64,000 nt of DNA, taken from the IMG/VR virus record IMGVR_UViG_3300030102_005560, positions 17,288 to 81,287 of that record; one strand, written 5' to 3'. This document shows positions 30,277 to 40,769 of the stretch, one piece after another. Origin of the DNA: a virus. The notes below the pieces were generated by a model. That model was not told the origin of the DNA, did no database searches, and saw only the letters and a program-made list of their open reading frames with translations. How positions within the stretch are numbered: position 1 is the first letter of the stretch; every line of letters starts with the position of its first letter. The translations under genes were made by a program, and so were the position numbers.

Positions 30277-30620
30277 TGCCAGCAAACGACCATTTGAAGC
30301 GCCTGATGGTGGAAACCATCGCAAATAACATCAACGAGATGGTTATCGGGTTCGATGGCACACCGGCTACTTCGACCGACGGGGCCGCCGGTCGACCCGC
30401 TATCACCATCACTCCCACAGTCAGGATACTGGACAACTCCACTCTCTTGGTCGAGGGAGTCATACCATCGAGCGAGTCCTTCAGCGAGACTCTCAAGGAG
30501 GTCTTTGTGCAACTCAGAGGCACCAACGACTTCACTCCCATCACTAGGCATGTTTTCAGACCGATTCAAAAGACCTCGACCAACGAGGTCAATCTACAGT
30601 TGATAATAGAGGTGAAGTGA
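30273..30620 (+). CDS. Fibre-attachment/tail-collar-like small protein
   Basis: MVIGFDGT..STD, TLKEVFV, RHVFRPIQKT..LQLIIEV resemble tail-collar fibre N-terminal domains. Confidence 0.5.
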   Translation: MMPANDHLKRLMVETIANNINEMVIGFDGTPATSTDGAAGRPAITITPTVRILDNSTLLVEGVIPSSESFSETLKEVFVQLRGTNDFTPITRHVFRPIQKTSTNEVNLQLIIEVK

Positions 30621-30621
30621 A

Positions 30622-33225
30622 GTGCCAAGCGGAAAGAAGAACCACACCACCAGACTCACAGATGGCGACTTCATCATGTCCCCCTCGCTCACTAATCTAC
30701 TAGAGGGAATACATGGCAACGGCGTTCTCCTTCTGGAGGACGGTGCCACTAGCACCAGTGGCAATCGCAACACGCCCGCTTCGCTATCAGGGGCGGTTGC
30801 AGCGAACGGCACCAATGGCCTGACAATCAAAGCAGGTTATGCTGTCATTGATGGCATGGTCGTCGACTTCGGGAACTACACCGTAGGAACCAACGCCAAC
30901 GACTACAACATAACGCTGGAAGCAAGCAGAATAGAGGGCACTAACACTGCTCTCACGACTGCTGGAGACACAGTGCTCTTGGTGGTCTACGTCTCGACTT
31001 ACGGTAACAGCGGCTATCACAACGTACACGTGGAGATGGGAACCAAGGTCACCAGTGGATTCCCAGTGACCCCAGAGGGCTTCCTCTCCGACACCAGTGG
31101 CCTCGAGAGCCTGAACCTCAACTCCAAGCAGAGCACAGTCCTAGCCGTGGTCAAATGCGTTCACAACTCAAGCGGAGGCGACTTGAAACTAGAAGTAGAC
31201 ACCATCTACGACATGAGGACATTCATACGAAACTCCCCGATTTACATGGCTCCCATGACCAAGGACACCGTGGGGACCTACACTAACAGAATCACCTCAG
31301 CCAGCGAACTGGATGGCATGCATGGGGGTGGAGACGAGACTGGTGCACTGACCAAGAGTGACAACCCCCTTGGTGCGCTTTGGATGAGCGGTAACGAAAA
31401 TGGGGAGTCGGTGCTTTACTTCAGCGGTATTCAATCGAGCAGCCGCATCACTTCGAGACTGGGGCCCGATAACGTGGTAGTAGCCGCTGATGGTAACAAT
31501 CAGACCTTCAAGGTGGACACAGGCAACGTATTTCATCTCACTCCAACTGGAAACATAGAAGTCAATCCACAAGGGTCCTTCCCCAGAAGCCACATGATTA
31601 GCATATTCAACTTTAGTAGTAGCAACACAATCAGTTACAACGCCACTAATGATGGTAACTCAGGCAATGCAAGTTTCACCATAGGCGTCTCCACCAGTGC
31701 CATGATTGCTTACGATGGTAACAACTGGAAGCAGGTGTTTGTCTCCACCAACGTATCTGGTGCAGCCGATGGCGTGGTCGGAAGAATGCAGATATCTGAT
31801 GGCTCGGGCAACCACACCTCCGATGCCGACCTCACGTTCAGCAAAGGTGAGGTTACGGGGGTGCTTGTCAACAACGGCAGCGGATACAGCGGCGGTCACA
31901 CTGGGGCCGTAGTCGTCGACACCGTAGATGCCACCACTAAGATATCAGTCGGTGACGTGCTGCGCAGAACCAATAACGCTGGTGCCGTGATAGGCACAGT
32001 CACAGCGGTCACATCAACCTCAGTCACCTTCGCTGCTGGCACGCTCACTGCCCTCAGCAACAACGACCCTCTGTACAGAGAGGGGAAGTTGGCTGTCGAT
32101 GGCGTAGTCGACATCAGCAAGCCCATCTTCGGTCCGACCGGCATTGAGTTCACACCTATCGGCAAGAACCCATACAAGACCACAGCAGCAAACTCGCTCT
32201 GGAGGAACAGCGCTGACAGCAACAGGCTCTACTCAGGCGGGACCAAGATACTGCTCGATGGAGACAGCGTTGGTGCTACCACTATTCTAGGTCTCACCGA
32301 TACACCAGCCAACTTCACTAGCGCGGCGAACAAGTTCCTGCAAGTCAACAGCACGCCTGATGCAATCATATTCGACACGATAGCAAGTGGTGACCTGCCC
32401 TCCAATCTGAATACAATCACAGCCATAGGTCCCGCTGGTACACTCACCGTCAATCAGGACCTGACTGTGACTGGCAATCTGACCGTGAGCGGCACAACCA
32501 CGACTCTGGACGTGGCCACTGTGAACGTCGAGGACATCAACATGGTCCTCGGCAATGGTGTGGGCAATGACGCAGCAGTCGATGGTGGGGGAATCACGCT
32601 GGACAGCAGTGATGGTGACAAGACCATTCTATTCACTGACTCCACTGATTCTTGGACATTCAATCAGCATCTCTTCCCGAGTGCTGACAGCAGTAAGAAT
32701 CTCGGTAGCAGCAGCATCAGATGGGCGACCAGTTTCTCCGATGCTGTCAACACCGGCACGATTACAGGAAGCGGAGACGTAACCATAGACACCAGCGTGC
32801 TGAAGGTAGATACGGCCAACAACAGGGTCGGTGTCAACCAAGCGACCCCACTAGCGTCCTTCCAGTACGAGAGCGTTGGGCACGGCTACGTGACTGGTAC
32901 GAGCGGTACAGGTAGCGACGCGGCAGTCCCCCTCACTCTCTTCGGCAAAGCCGAATTCAGGGGTGCAAAGTTGCTGGTGTCAATAGAGAACTCAACAGAC
33001 AGCGCGTATGAGACCCATGAGGCTGTGATAACGCATGATGGCTCCACTGGTGCCTCCGCTGCCATGATTACCATCTACGGAACAGTCAAATCAGCGTCCC
33101 AGACAGTATGCACGCTGACGGCACAAGAGGCAAGTGGCAACATACAATTAGTCATCACCCCCGGTGTGGGAAGCAAGGCGTACACGTTCGGAGTGGCTTG
33201 GAAGGGGATTGCTAAACTGACTTGA
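30622..33225 (+). CDS. Tail fibre/baseplate protein 1
   Basis: N-terminal anchor-like motifs (LTIKAGYAVIDG..IYDMRTF), LTV.G.TTT shaft motif, C-terminal domain shared with next gene. Confidence 0.7.
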   Translation: MPSGKKNHTTRLTDGDFIMSPSLTNLLEGIHGNGVLLLEDGATSTSGNRNTPASLSGAVAANGTNGLTIKAGYAVIDGMVVDFGNYTVGTNANDYNITLEASRIEGTNTALTTAGDTVLLVVYVSTYGNSGYHNVHVEMGTKVTSGFPVTPEGFLSDTSGLESLNLNSKQSTVLAVVKCVHNSSGGDLKLEVDTIYDMRTFIRNSPIYMAPMTKDTVGTYTNRITSASELDGMHGGGDETGALTKSDNPLGALWMSGNENGESVLYFSGIQSSSRITSRLGPDNVVVAADGNNQTFKVDTGNVFHLTPTGNIEVNPQGSFPRSHMISIFNFSSSNTISYNATNDGNSGNASFTIGVSTSAMIAYDGNNWKQVFVSTNVSGAADGVVGRMQISDGSGNHTSDADLTFSKGEVTGVLVNNGSGYSGGHTGAVVVDTVDATTKISVGDVLRRTNNAGAVIGTVTAVTSTSVTFAAGTLTALSNNDPLYREGKLAVDGVVDISKPIFGPTGIEFTPIGKNPYKTTAANSLWRNSADSNRLYSGGTKILLDGDSVGATTILGLTDTPANFTSAANKFLQVNSTPDAIIFDTIASGDLPSNLNTITAIGPAGTLTVNQDLTVTGNLTVSGTTTTLDVATVNVEDINMVLGNGVGNDAAVDGGGITLDSSDGDKTILFTDSTDSWTFNQHLFPSADSSKNLGSSSIRWATSFSDAVNTGTITGSGDVTIDTSVLKVDTANNRVGVNQATPLASFQYESVGHGYVTGTSGTGSDAAVPLTLFGKAEFRGAKLLVSIENSTDSAYETHEAVITHDGSTGASAAMITIYGTVKSASQTVCTLTAQEASGNIQLVITPGVGSKAYTFGVAWKGIAKLT

Positions 33226-33235
33226 GGTGAGATGA

Positions 33236-35716
33236 ATGACTGAAACAGACTTCCGTGTGCAGAAGGGAATAGTGGTGGGTGACGGTGACGTCACCGTGCC
33301 ATCCGCACACAGCGTATTCGCAGGCACATTCGACACCAACGTCACTGCTGCTGGTGTCACTCTATCAGGCATCACGTTAGCGGCTGACGGCACTGATACC
33401 AACATCGACATCAACATCACGCCAAAGGGAACGGGCGAGGTGAACATCACCAAGGTGGACATAAACGGCGGGACGATAGATGGGATTTCGTCATTGACGT
33501 CCTCTGGTGACTTGGATATAGGCGCCCATGACCTCAGAGCAGCCACCCTGACGGCTGATGGCCTGACTGCTGGGCGTGTTGTGTTCGCTGGCACTAACGG
33601 AGTCCTGAGTGATGACAGCGATTTGAGTTTCTCCGGTGACACTCTGACTGCGACTAAGATTGGAGCATTCACCGCCGCTGGTGCAATCGACTTCAACAAC
33701 GAGGACATGACCAACGTCGACATCGACAGTGGTGCCATCGACGGTACAACCATCGGTGGGGCCAGCGCAGCAGCAGGTACCTTCACCGACATGACGGCAA
33801 CTAATGCATTGGCAGGCACCTTCGACACGAACGTGGCTGCTGCTGGCGTTACCCTATCAGGCACCACGCTGGCTGCTGACGGCACTGATACCAACATCGA
33901 CATTAATGTCAATGCCAAGGGCACCGGCTCGTTAGTAGTTGGTAAGGTCTCTATCGGAGGTGGTGCCATTGACAGCACCATCATCGGCGGAAGCACCCCA
34001 GCAGCAGGTACATTCACTGGCCTGACAGCGACCAGTCTCAACCTATCGGAGGGCAACCTCACCAATGCCGGTGAAATCAGCGCTGACAAAATAAAACCAG
34101 ACGGTGCAACCCTCGGTCTTGAGATAGACTTCTCCACTGCTAACAGTGCTAGGTCCAAGATAATAATGCCAGACAATGTAGCCAACGGGCTCGAGATAAG
34201 AGAGGGGTTCACTCCCTACCTCAGGTTCAAGACCACGGATAGCGAGGAGGAGATAGCAGCCATGCGAAATTTCGTGATTGGTCTGAATGGCAATGGTAGC
34301 AGCGGCCACACCCTCGCTTTCAGAGGCAAGACGAGCGGTGGAGATGTGAGGGACATAGCATTCCAAGCATCGATAAACGCCATCTCCAGCAACAACACCG
34401 GCACACAGACGTACACCCTACCCACTGACTTTCCCGCTGCCTCAGGCTATGTTCTCTCGAGCACCGATGCTGGTGTCATGTCATGGGCTGCACAATCCAG
34501 TGGGACAATCACTGCACTGAACAACCAAGGTGCAAACAGGTTGGTCACGATAGGCAGCACGACCACCGAGTTGGATGGGGAGGCTACCGCTACGTACGAT
34601 GGGCAGACGCTTCACATCAACACCACTACTGACAACGCGCCTGCTCAGTTGCTGCTAGAACATAGTTTCAATGACACTAGCGGGCCTAATATCTCATTAA
34701 GGCTTGACAAGGGCGCTGCGGGAGCGGCAAGTGACATAGTAGGTACAATAAAATTTCAGGGTGACGACGCTGGCCAAAACACCACTACTTACGCTGGTTT
34801 GAAAGCAGACGTAGTTGCTGCTACTTCTGGCTCTGAAGAGGGTAGACTCTCATTGCAAGTAGCACAAACAAGCAACGGTGATGTCGCGGACGTGTTGGTG
34901 CTGACTGGTGGTGACAACGCCGACGGCTCCACGTCTAAGGTGGTCGTCAAAGGCGACTTACAGGTGGATGGTAGCACCACCACGATAAACAGCACGACGC
35001 TGGACGTAGATGACCTCAACATCACCGTAGCGAAAGGCGCGGCTGACTCCGCTGCGGCTGATGGTGCTGGTCTCACCGTCGATGGCGCCGGTGCCACATT
35101 CACCTATACCGATTTAGGCACGAGGTGGAACATGAACAAATCATTGAGTGTGACAGGAAGAGTCGCTGCTACCACATCATTCGTCATCGGTAGCGCCGAC
35201 CTCAATGAGACTGACCTAGAGAAACTCGATGGAATCACCGATGGTACTATTGCTGCAAACAAAGCAGTCGTAGTTGATGCTAACAAAGATGCATCTGCCT
35301 TCAGAAATCTCTCTGCTGCGTCGATGTCAACAGGCGAGTTAAGAATTGATTCAGGGGCAGTACTCCTCGATAGTTCTTCAGCAGCCAGCCAGTCTTGGAC
35401 AGGGGGCTCGGCGTATGTCATTGCTGACTTCGATTATAGCAATTTCAGAACAGTCAAGTTCGTGGGTCAAGTCAGCGATGGTACAGATATAGATGCCTTC
35501 GAGGTGCTAGTGACGTGGAAGGGTGCCAGCGCACCAGCAGACGATGCTGCGATATTCATGACCACATACGCCTACATGGCGTCCAGCGGCACACCACTGG
35601 GCTCAGTGACCGCTGTCAAGGATGGCACTGGTGGGACGGTGGACGTGAAGTTCACACCCGGTAGCAACGGCACGTATAAGTACGCAGTGTCGGCAACGCA
35701 AATTACAGCACAATGA
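33236..35716 (+). CDS. Tail fibre protein 2
   Basis: IDGTTIGG..AAGTFT and INITPKGTG fibre repeats; GAGGTGA SD. Confidence 0.75.
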   Translation: MTETDFRVQKGIVVGDGDVTVPSAHSVFAGTFDTNVTAAGVTLSGITLAADGTDTNIDINITPKGTGEVNITKVDINGGTIDGISSLTSSGDLDIGAHDLRAATLTADGLTAGRVVFAGTNGVLSDDSDLSFSGDTLTATKIGAFTAAGAIDFNNEDMTNVDIDSGAIDGTTIGGASAAAGTFTDMTATNALAGTFDTNVAAAGVTLSGTTLAADGTDTNIDINVNAKGTGSLVVGKVSIGGGAIDSTIIGGSTPAAGTFTGLTATSLNLSEGNLTNAGEISADKIKPDGATLGLEIDFSTANSARSKIIMPDNVANGLEIREGFTPYLRFKTTDSEEEIAAMRNFVIGLNGNGSSGHTLAFRGKTSGGDVRDIAFQASINAISSNNTGTQTYTLPTDFPAASGYVLSSTDAGVMSWAAQSSGTITALNNQGANRLVTIGSTTTELDGEATATYDGQTLHINTTTDNAPAQLLLEHSFNDTSGPNISLRLDKGAAGAASDIVGTIKFQGDDAGQNTTTYAGLKADVVAATSGSEEGRLSLQVAQTSNGDVADVLVLTGGDNADGSTSKVVVKGDLQVDGSTTTINSTTLDVDDLNITVAKGAADSAAADGAGLTVDGAGATFTYTDLGTRWNMNKSLSVTGRVAATTSFVIGSADLNETDLEKLDGITDGTIAANKAVVVDANKDASAFRNLSAASMSTGELRIDSGAVLLDSSSAASQSWTGGSAYVIADFDYSNFRTVKFVGQVSDGTDIDAFEVLVTWKGASAPADDAAIFMTTYAYMASSGTPLGSVTAVKDGTGGTVDVKFTPGSNGTYKYAVSATQITAQ
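33320..33928 (+). repeat. Intragenic duplication (~117 bp at 33320 and 33812)
   Basis: AGTFDTNV.AAGVTLSG.TLAADGTDTNIDIN occurs twice, 492 bp apart; 29-bp exact match at 33383 and 33875. Confidence 0.85.
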
Positions 35717-35741
35717 TGGACAGTGAAATCATGGTGAAACA

Positions 35742-38700
35742 ATGGCAGAGGAGAATTTCAGAGTAAGAAAGGGGATAACCGTAGATGGCTCTGGCTACTC
35801 GGCCATCAGGGACTCCTTGAAGATAGGATACATCTCCACGCTGACCAGCAACAACACGAATGTGGGTGGCCAAGATGCCCAACTGAGGGTCTCAGGTAGG
35901 AACGATGACGAGCCCGGCATAATACAACTCTCACACTTCGACAATAACAACTTCTACGGTGGCACTGGTGTCTTCACACTGGGGCAGATACAATTCGCCA
36001 TGAACGAGAATAGCAACGATGTCACCACTGTCGCTGAGATTCGTGGTATCACCAGCGACCCGAATACCCCCGGAGACTTCGATGGTGCGCTCAAGTTCTT
36101 CACTTCGCAAGGAGATGGTTCCGGGGCTAACCTCACTGAGAAGATGATACTTACTGCTGATGGTAGGGTCGGAATAGGCACTACGGGTCCCGGTATTTCG
36201 CTCGATGTGCGAACTGGCTCGCAATACACCAACACCTACAAAGCGCACCTGAGCCTCATTGACACTCAAACTGCATACGATGGCTCAAACCCCGGCGGGG
36301 CAGTTATCTTCGGTGGCATTGATGATTCCAGTGGTGGTACTTCTTGGTGGGCGAAGATAGCCGGAGAGAAGGCTAATGCGACAGATGACAATAGAAGCGG
36401 TATTCTAAATTTCTACACCCGTGAAGAGGGAGGGAACCCAACTCAAAGAATGAGGATAAAAGAGGATGGGCAAGTTCTAATCGGGAAGACAGCATCAGTA
36501 GCAAGCATCGACAGAAAACTAGAGGTGGAGGGAACCATTGCCGCCGCAAGTGGTAGTTCGGGTGGAGTAGGATTCCACATGCAGAACTCCGAAGGGGAGT
36601 TTCTCGTTTACACTGATGGTGGTGCGCTGATTGTCAAGGACTACGCAGGTTCAGACACATACCCATTCAAGATAGAAGGTACGGCACAGAACGACACTCT
36701 CGTTGTAAATACTGGCGGGGATGTCACCATCAAAGACCAACTTATATTGGGTTCTGAGATTATTCATTCTGGTGATACCAACAACAAGATTGCATTCGGT
36801 ACTGATACTCAGACTTTCACTACTGCTGGTTCTGCTAGGATGACCATTGAAGCAGATGGTGACATTGCTATGACGGAAGACCTTGATGTAGCAAAGCACT
36901 TCTCCTTCAACACACAGCATGTTGGTGGCTCTGCGGGCGGAAGCACAGGAACGGAGAATGGTGCTAATACATGGTGCAAGATTCTGGAATGGGACCCCGG
37001 TACAAATCAATACAGGGACTTGAGCCTGACTCTAGGTATTACTGCGGTGGATGTAGGGAGTCAGAACCAAGCGATAATCAACGTCTATGGTAGGTCCAAT
37101 GGAACTAACAGCGCACATACTATGGGTGTCAAAGTCATATCCCTGATAAGCACGGTTCATCTACAAGACGACTCCTTCAAGATGATTACCGAGGGATGGG
37201 GGCAACCGATAGAACTCTGGATGAAGAAGTACGGTAATTATGGTACTTACAATTGGAACGAGATAGCGAAGAAATTGGGCGGTAGCACCACTCTGACTTA
37301 TTCCTCCAACTCGGCATGGCAATCAACAGAGCCGGTGAAGACCAACGGGTCGCCACAAGCAACTCGCTCTTACGGCACGGTGATTGAGGGTAGGAATCCT
37401 GTATTGAATCTGTATCACAACCAGAACGTAAGTCAGTTGAGCGCAGGTGATGTCCTCTCCACGATTAGTTTCAGGAAGCATACGACTACGAGTGGTAATG
37501 AGACAATCAGAATCTACAACGTGCAGGGCGACTCCGGTTCTAGCGGTGCATCTGATGACTACCACACTAGCGACCTGAGAATATCAACTAGGAAGATAGG
37601 AACGAATTCCTACTTCGACCGATTCACCATTCTAGGTCAGGAGGGCTATGTAGGAATAGGGACTATGAGTCCCGCAGTTCCCCTTCATGTTGCAGGTGCA
37701 AACAACGAAGCGGCGAGATTTGAGGGTAGTGGTAATGATGCCTTCATCAAAATCCTAGAGCCAACGGGTAGTGAGAACGTAGTCCTCGGCTCAACGGGTG
37801 GAACGGGATTCGTTGGTTCTGCAAGCAATAACAACTTCGCCATCAGAGCGAACAACTCCAACAAGATGACCATAACTCCGGCGGGTTTGGTCGGAATAGG
37901 CACTACATCCCCAACCGATACATTACACGTTGAAGGAAACACAAGAACTGATGGAACATTCCTAGTGGAAGACCAAAACACGGACTTCCACATGATTAAA
38001 TTGACAAGTGCTGATGGTAGCACTGACTACGATGTAGGTCTTCATTTCCAAGGCTCGCCAAACATACTGGATGTGACTAACGCACACGGCGATGTGAACT
38101 TAAGACCCGGTTCAGCAGGAACTCTATCCACATCGTATCTCACTGTCAAGGGTGATGGTGATGTCGGAATAGGCACTACGAGTCCACAGTCCAAACTGCA
38201 CATCTCAAGCGGAACATCGGGTGATGCTGTCCTCATCCTTGAGGCAGACACGGACAACAACGATGAGACAGACCAACCATTCATCGTCTTTGAGCAAGAT
38301 GGTGGGACACAACACTCAGCGATTGGCAGTCATTCGGGGAGCAGTACCGACAACAACGCTTTGATTCTCTCTAACTCAGTTGGTTCAAGCGGCATTGAAG
38401 CCGGAATGATATTCAAGACAGGCACAACAAGTGGTTATGCCAATGCCGTTGAAAGAATGAGAATCACACCTGCTGGTAATGTCGGAATAGGCACTACGAG
38501 TCCCAGCACTTCACTTCATGTTTCAGATGCCGCAGAAGTGTCATTGAGCGTTGATTCATCCCATGCGACAGGCTCGCAGATTAGCCTCGATGCGACAGGA
38601 ACAGGCGGAGATGAGTGGAGAATAGTATCCGGTGCTGACAATGCAGGTATCGGCGGTGGCGCATTCGGGTTATACAATGTGGATACAACTTCATACAGAT

Positions 38701-40547
38701 GGATGGTCACATCTGCTGGCAATGTCGGCATAGGCACTACGAGTCCTGATGCCAAACTCCATGTCGAGGGTAGTGTGTTGATTGACGCATATGAGCAAGG
38801 AGCAGGTGCAGGTTTATTCTTCCGCGAGGGATTCCTCAATACCAACCAACCCTCAATCACAGTAATAGACCATAGCGGTGCTAACCCTGACGGGCTTTGC
38901 ATAGCCGCTCATGATGGCATATCATTCAAAGTGAATGGTGGCACTGAGAGAGTAAGATTCGCCTCTGATGGTAATGTCGGGATAGGCACAACGAGTCCTT
39001 CTTCAAAGTTAGATGTGGCAGGAACGATAGAATGCACCGGACTGAACCTACAAAACGGCAGTTTGGACTATGGTAATGGTAAGCAGCAAACAGTCGATTT
39101 GGCTGTTGGTTGGTACACGTTTGCGGTCTGCAAGGGCCGAGATGCAACCACATCGGCGCAAAGGGCGTTCGGTGAGTTCCTAATCAACGATGTAGATAGC
39201 GGTAGGCACGGCTCTTGTAGGTTGAATGCCACGCACTTCTTCGGTGCTGGAAACAGCATACAGGTCTTCGCATACAACTTCTACTCTACTGTTGTATTCA
39301 CTGAATTAAGAATAAAAGAAAGTGGCACATATGCTGGTGCGGCTTTGCAGGTCTATGTGTCGAATGCGAATAACAACCTAGAGTCTTACATGACCATGAG
39401 TGAGCAGAATCGGTCTTGGGATTTGTTAGATACGTGGCTCCCTGACAGCGATATAGTGGGCCACGATGCCATACTAGGTTATGCATCCCATAGCCAAGAT
39501 TGGTCAGGATTTTCCGTAGCAGAAACGGTAGACTTGAGCGTATTTAGCGCCACCAACCAAGGTGGTATCTACACAAGTGGTGGCGTAAAGGCAGAAACTC
39601 TATTTCTCGGTAAGACTGGAACTTCAAGTGAATACAGACTTCACCCTGATTCTGCTAATTCAGTTCTTTCTACCAACTCTGACGGGTCTGATGTCACGCT
39701 TCGTGCTGACGATGACTTGGTTCTCATTGCCGATGATGATATGATTTTCAAGAATGGAAGCGCAACCAATATGGTTCTTACTTCTGACGTTCGTTTAGGA
39801 GTAGGCACTAATGTTCCTGACCGATTGCTCGAGATAAAGGAAAGCGGAACTGGTGCCGCTATCATGCGTTTCAGAAACAGCAACACATCATACCCAGATG
39901 ACACCGCCTTCGGTACCATAGAGTTCTACAACGCAGATGCTTCTGGTGAGGGCATAACTGCGAAGATAAACGCAATCTCAGATGCCTCTGGTCGAGGCGG
40001 GCAACTGCAATTCCAAACTGACGATACCGGAACAAGCCCACAGACGGCTCTCTTATTGCAAGGTGATTTGAACGCGGTGTTCGCAGGAAACGTCGCTTCT
40101 ACAAGCGCCAACAATTACAATCTCTACTGGCCTTTGTATTTCCAAAGAGACAATATGGGAACAAGCAATATAGACATGAGAATGCCTGTCGGTGGTGCTG
40201 GAACTAGCAGTCCAAACGCTATGGCTATGCCAAGAGCAGGTAAGATAATGGCTTTGACTTTACATTACTACGGAGGCACATTAAGCACTAGCAGTTCTAA
40301 GAGCGATACATGGAGAATCAGACATCACAGCGGTGGAACTGCTGATGTGACTACTGAGGATATTGTGGTAACTATGGACACTCTAGTAGCAACTTCCAAT
40401 GCTAATCAGAGAGTAAAAACCATTGAGTTATCTACTCCTTTGGTGTTTGCTGCGGATGACTCAATAGGATTTAGGAGAAATGCCAATGCCGGGTCAAATT
40501 CAATACATGAAGTGGCTGCCGTAATATGGTGTCACTTTGACGTATAG
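35742..40547 (+). CDS. Long tail fibre / receptor-binding protein
   Basis: At least 7 (R/K)M.I...G.VGIGTT.P repeats; mosaic, more AT-rich codon usage; followed by a fibre chaperone. Confidence 0.8.
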   Translation: MAEENFRVRKGITVDGSGYSAIRDSLKIGYISTLTSNNTNVGGQDAQLRVSGRNDDEPGIIQLSHFDNNNFYGGTGVFTLGQIQFAMNENSNDVTTVAEIRGITSDPNTPGDFDGALKFFTSQGDGSGANLTEKMILTADGRVGIGTTGPGISLDVRTGSQYTNTYKAHLSLIDTQTAYDGSNPGGAVIFGGIDDSSGGTSWWAKIAGEKANATDDNRSGILNFYTREEGGNPTQRMRIKEDGQVLIGKTASVASIDRKLEVEGTIAAASGSSGGVGFHMQNSEGEFLVYTDGGALIVKDYAGSDTYPFKIEGTAQNDTLVVNTGGDVTIKDQLILGSEIIHSGDTNNKIAFGTDTQTFTTAGSARMTIEADGDIAMTEDLDVAKHFSFNTQHVGGSAGGSTGTENGANTWCKILEWDPGTNQYRDLSLTLGITAVDVGSQNQAIINVYGRSNGTNSAHTMGVKVISLISTVHLQDDSFKMITEGWGQPIELWMKKYGNYGTYNWNEIAKKLGGSTTLTYSSNSAWQSTEPVKTNGSPQATRSYGTVIEGRNPVLNLYHNQNVSQLSAGDVLSTISFRKHTTTSGNETIRIYNVQGDSGSSGASDDYHTSDLRISTRKIGTNSYFDRFTILGQEGYVGIGTMSPAVPLHVAGANNEAARFEGSGNDAFIKILEPTGSENVVLGSTGGTGFVGSASNNNFAIRANNSNKMTITPAGLVGIGTTSPTDTLHVEGNTRTDGTFLVEDQNTDFHMIKLTSADGSTDYDVGLHFQGSPNILDVTNAHGDVNLRPGSAGTLSTSYLTVKGDGDVGIGTTSPQSKLHISSGTSGDAVLILEADTDNNDETDQPFIVFEQDGGTQHSAIGSHSGSSTDNNALILSNSVGSSGIEAGMIFKTGTTSGYANAVERMRITPAGNVGIGTTSPSTSLHVSDAAEVSLSVDSSHATGSQISLDATGTGGDEWRIVSGADNAGIGGGAFGLYNVDTTSYRWMVTSAGNVGIGTTSPDAKLHVEGSVLIDAYEQGAGAGLFFREGFLNTNQPSITVIDHSGANPDGLCIAAHDGISFKVNGGTERVRFASDGNVGIGTTSPSSKLDVAGTIECTGLNLQNGSLDYGNGKQQTVDLAVGWYTFAVCKGRDATTSAQRAFGEFLINDVDSGRHGSCRLNATHFFGAGNSIQVFAYNFYSTVVFTELRIKESGTYAGAALQVYVSNANNNLESYMTMSEQNRSWDLLDTWLPDSDIVGHDAILGYASHSQDWSGFSVAETVDLSVFSATNQGGIYTSGGVKAETLFLGKTGTSSEYRLHPDSANSVLSTNSDGSDVTLRADDDLVLIADDDMIFKNGSATNMVLTSDVRLGVGTNVPDRLLEIKESGTGAAIMRFRNSNTSYPDDTAFGTIEFYNADASGEGITAKINAISDASGRGGQLQFQTDDTGTSPQTALLLQGDLNAVFAGNVASTSANNYNLYWPLYFQRDNMGTSNIDMRMPVGGAGTSSPNAMAMPRAGKIMALTLHYYGGTLSTSSSKSDTWRIRHHSGGTADVTTEDIVVTMDTLVATSNANQRVKTIELSTPLVFAADDSIGFRRNANAGSNSIHEVAAVIWCHFDV
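36168..38998 (+). repeat. Seven dispersed ~23-bp repeats, consensus GTCGGAATAGGCACTACGAGTCC
   Basis: Copies at 36168, 37650, 37890, 38163, 38481, 38724, 38976; all in frame as VGIGTTSP-type motifs. Confidence 0.85.
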
Positions 40548-40555
40548 GTGATGTT

Positions 40556-40765
40556 ATGGATTGGGAAGAAGTAAGAGGAAAGAGAGACAGTGAACTATTG
40601 AACATGGATAAGTATCAACTAGCGATACCATATTCACTATTGACAGATGCACAGAAGGAAGAGTTGGCTACATACAGACAGGCGCTTCTCGACCTGCCCA
40701 ATGATTACGATACTCCCGAAGAGGCAGAGGAGAACTTCCCGGAGCAACCAGACTGGATGGCTTAG
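40556..40765 (+). CDS. Tail fibre assembly chaperone
   Basis: WEEVRGKRD.LL..D...YRQALLDLP....FPEQP matches the small phage fibre chaperone family. Confidence 0.8.
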   Translation: MDWEEVRGKRDSELLNMDKYQLAIPYSLLTDAQKEELATYRQALLDLPNDYDTPEEAEENFPEQPDWMA

Positions 40766-40769
40766 AGAC

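Noticed and set aside
33320-33928. Repeat pair as a diversity-generating retroelement TR/VR
   Set aside because: Both copies are coding, differences are mostly synonymous and not adenine-specific, and no reverse transcriptase is present
29772-34212. Long antisense ORFs (e.g. 29772..30569, 33148..34212) and the many similar shadow ORFs
   Set aside because: They mirror well-supported genes, have Ser/Val/Pro-biased sequence without motifs, and are expected from codon bias
36168-38998. Repeats as a CRISPR or mini-CRISPR array
   Set aside because: Spacing is irregular and hundreds of bp, and every copy is in frame within the fibre ORF
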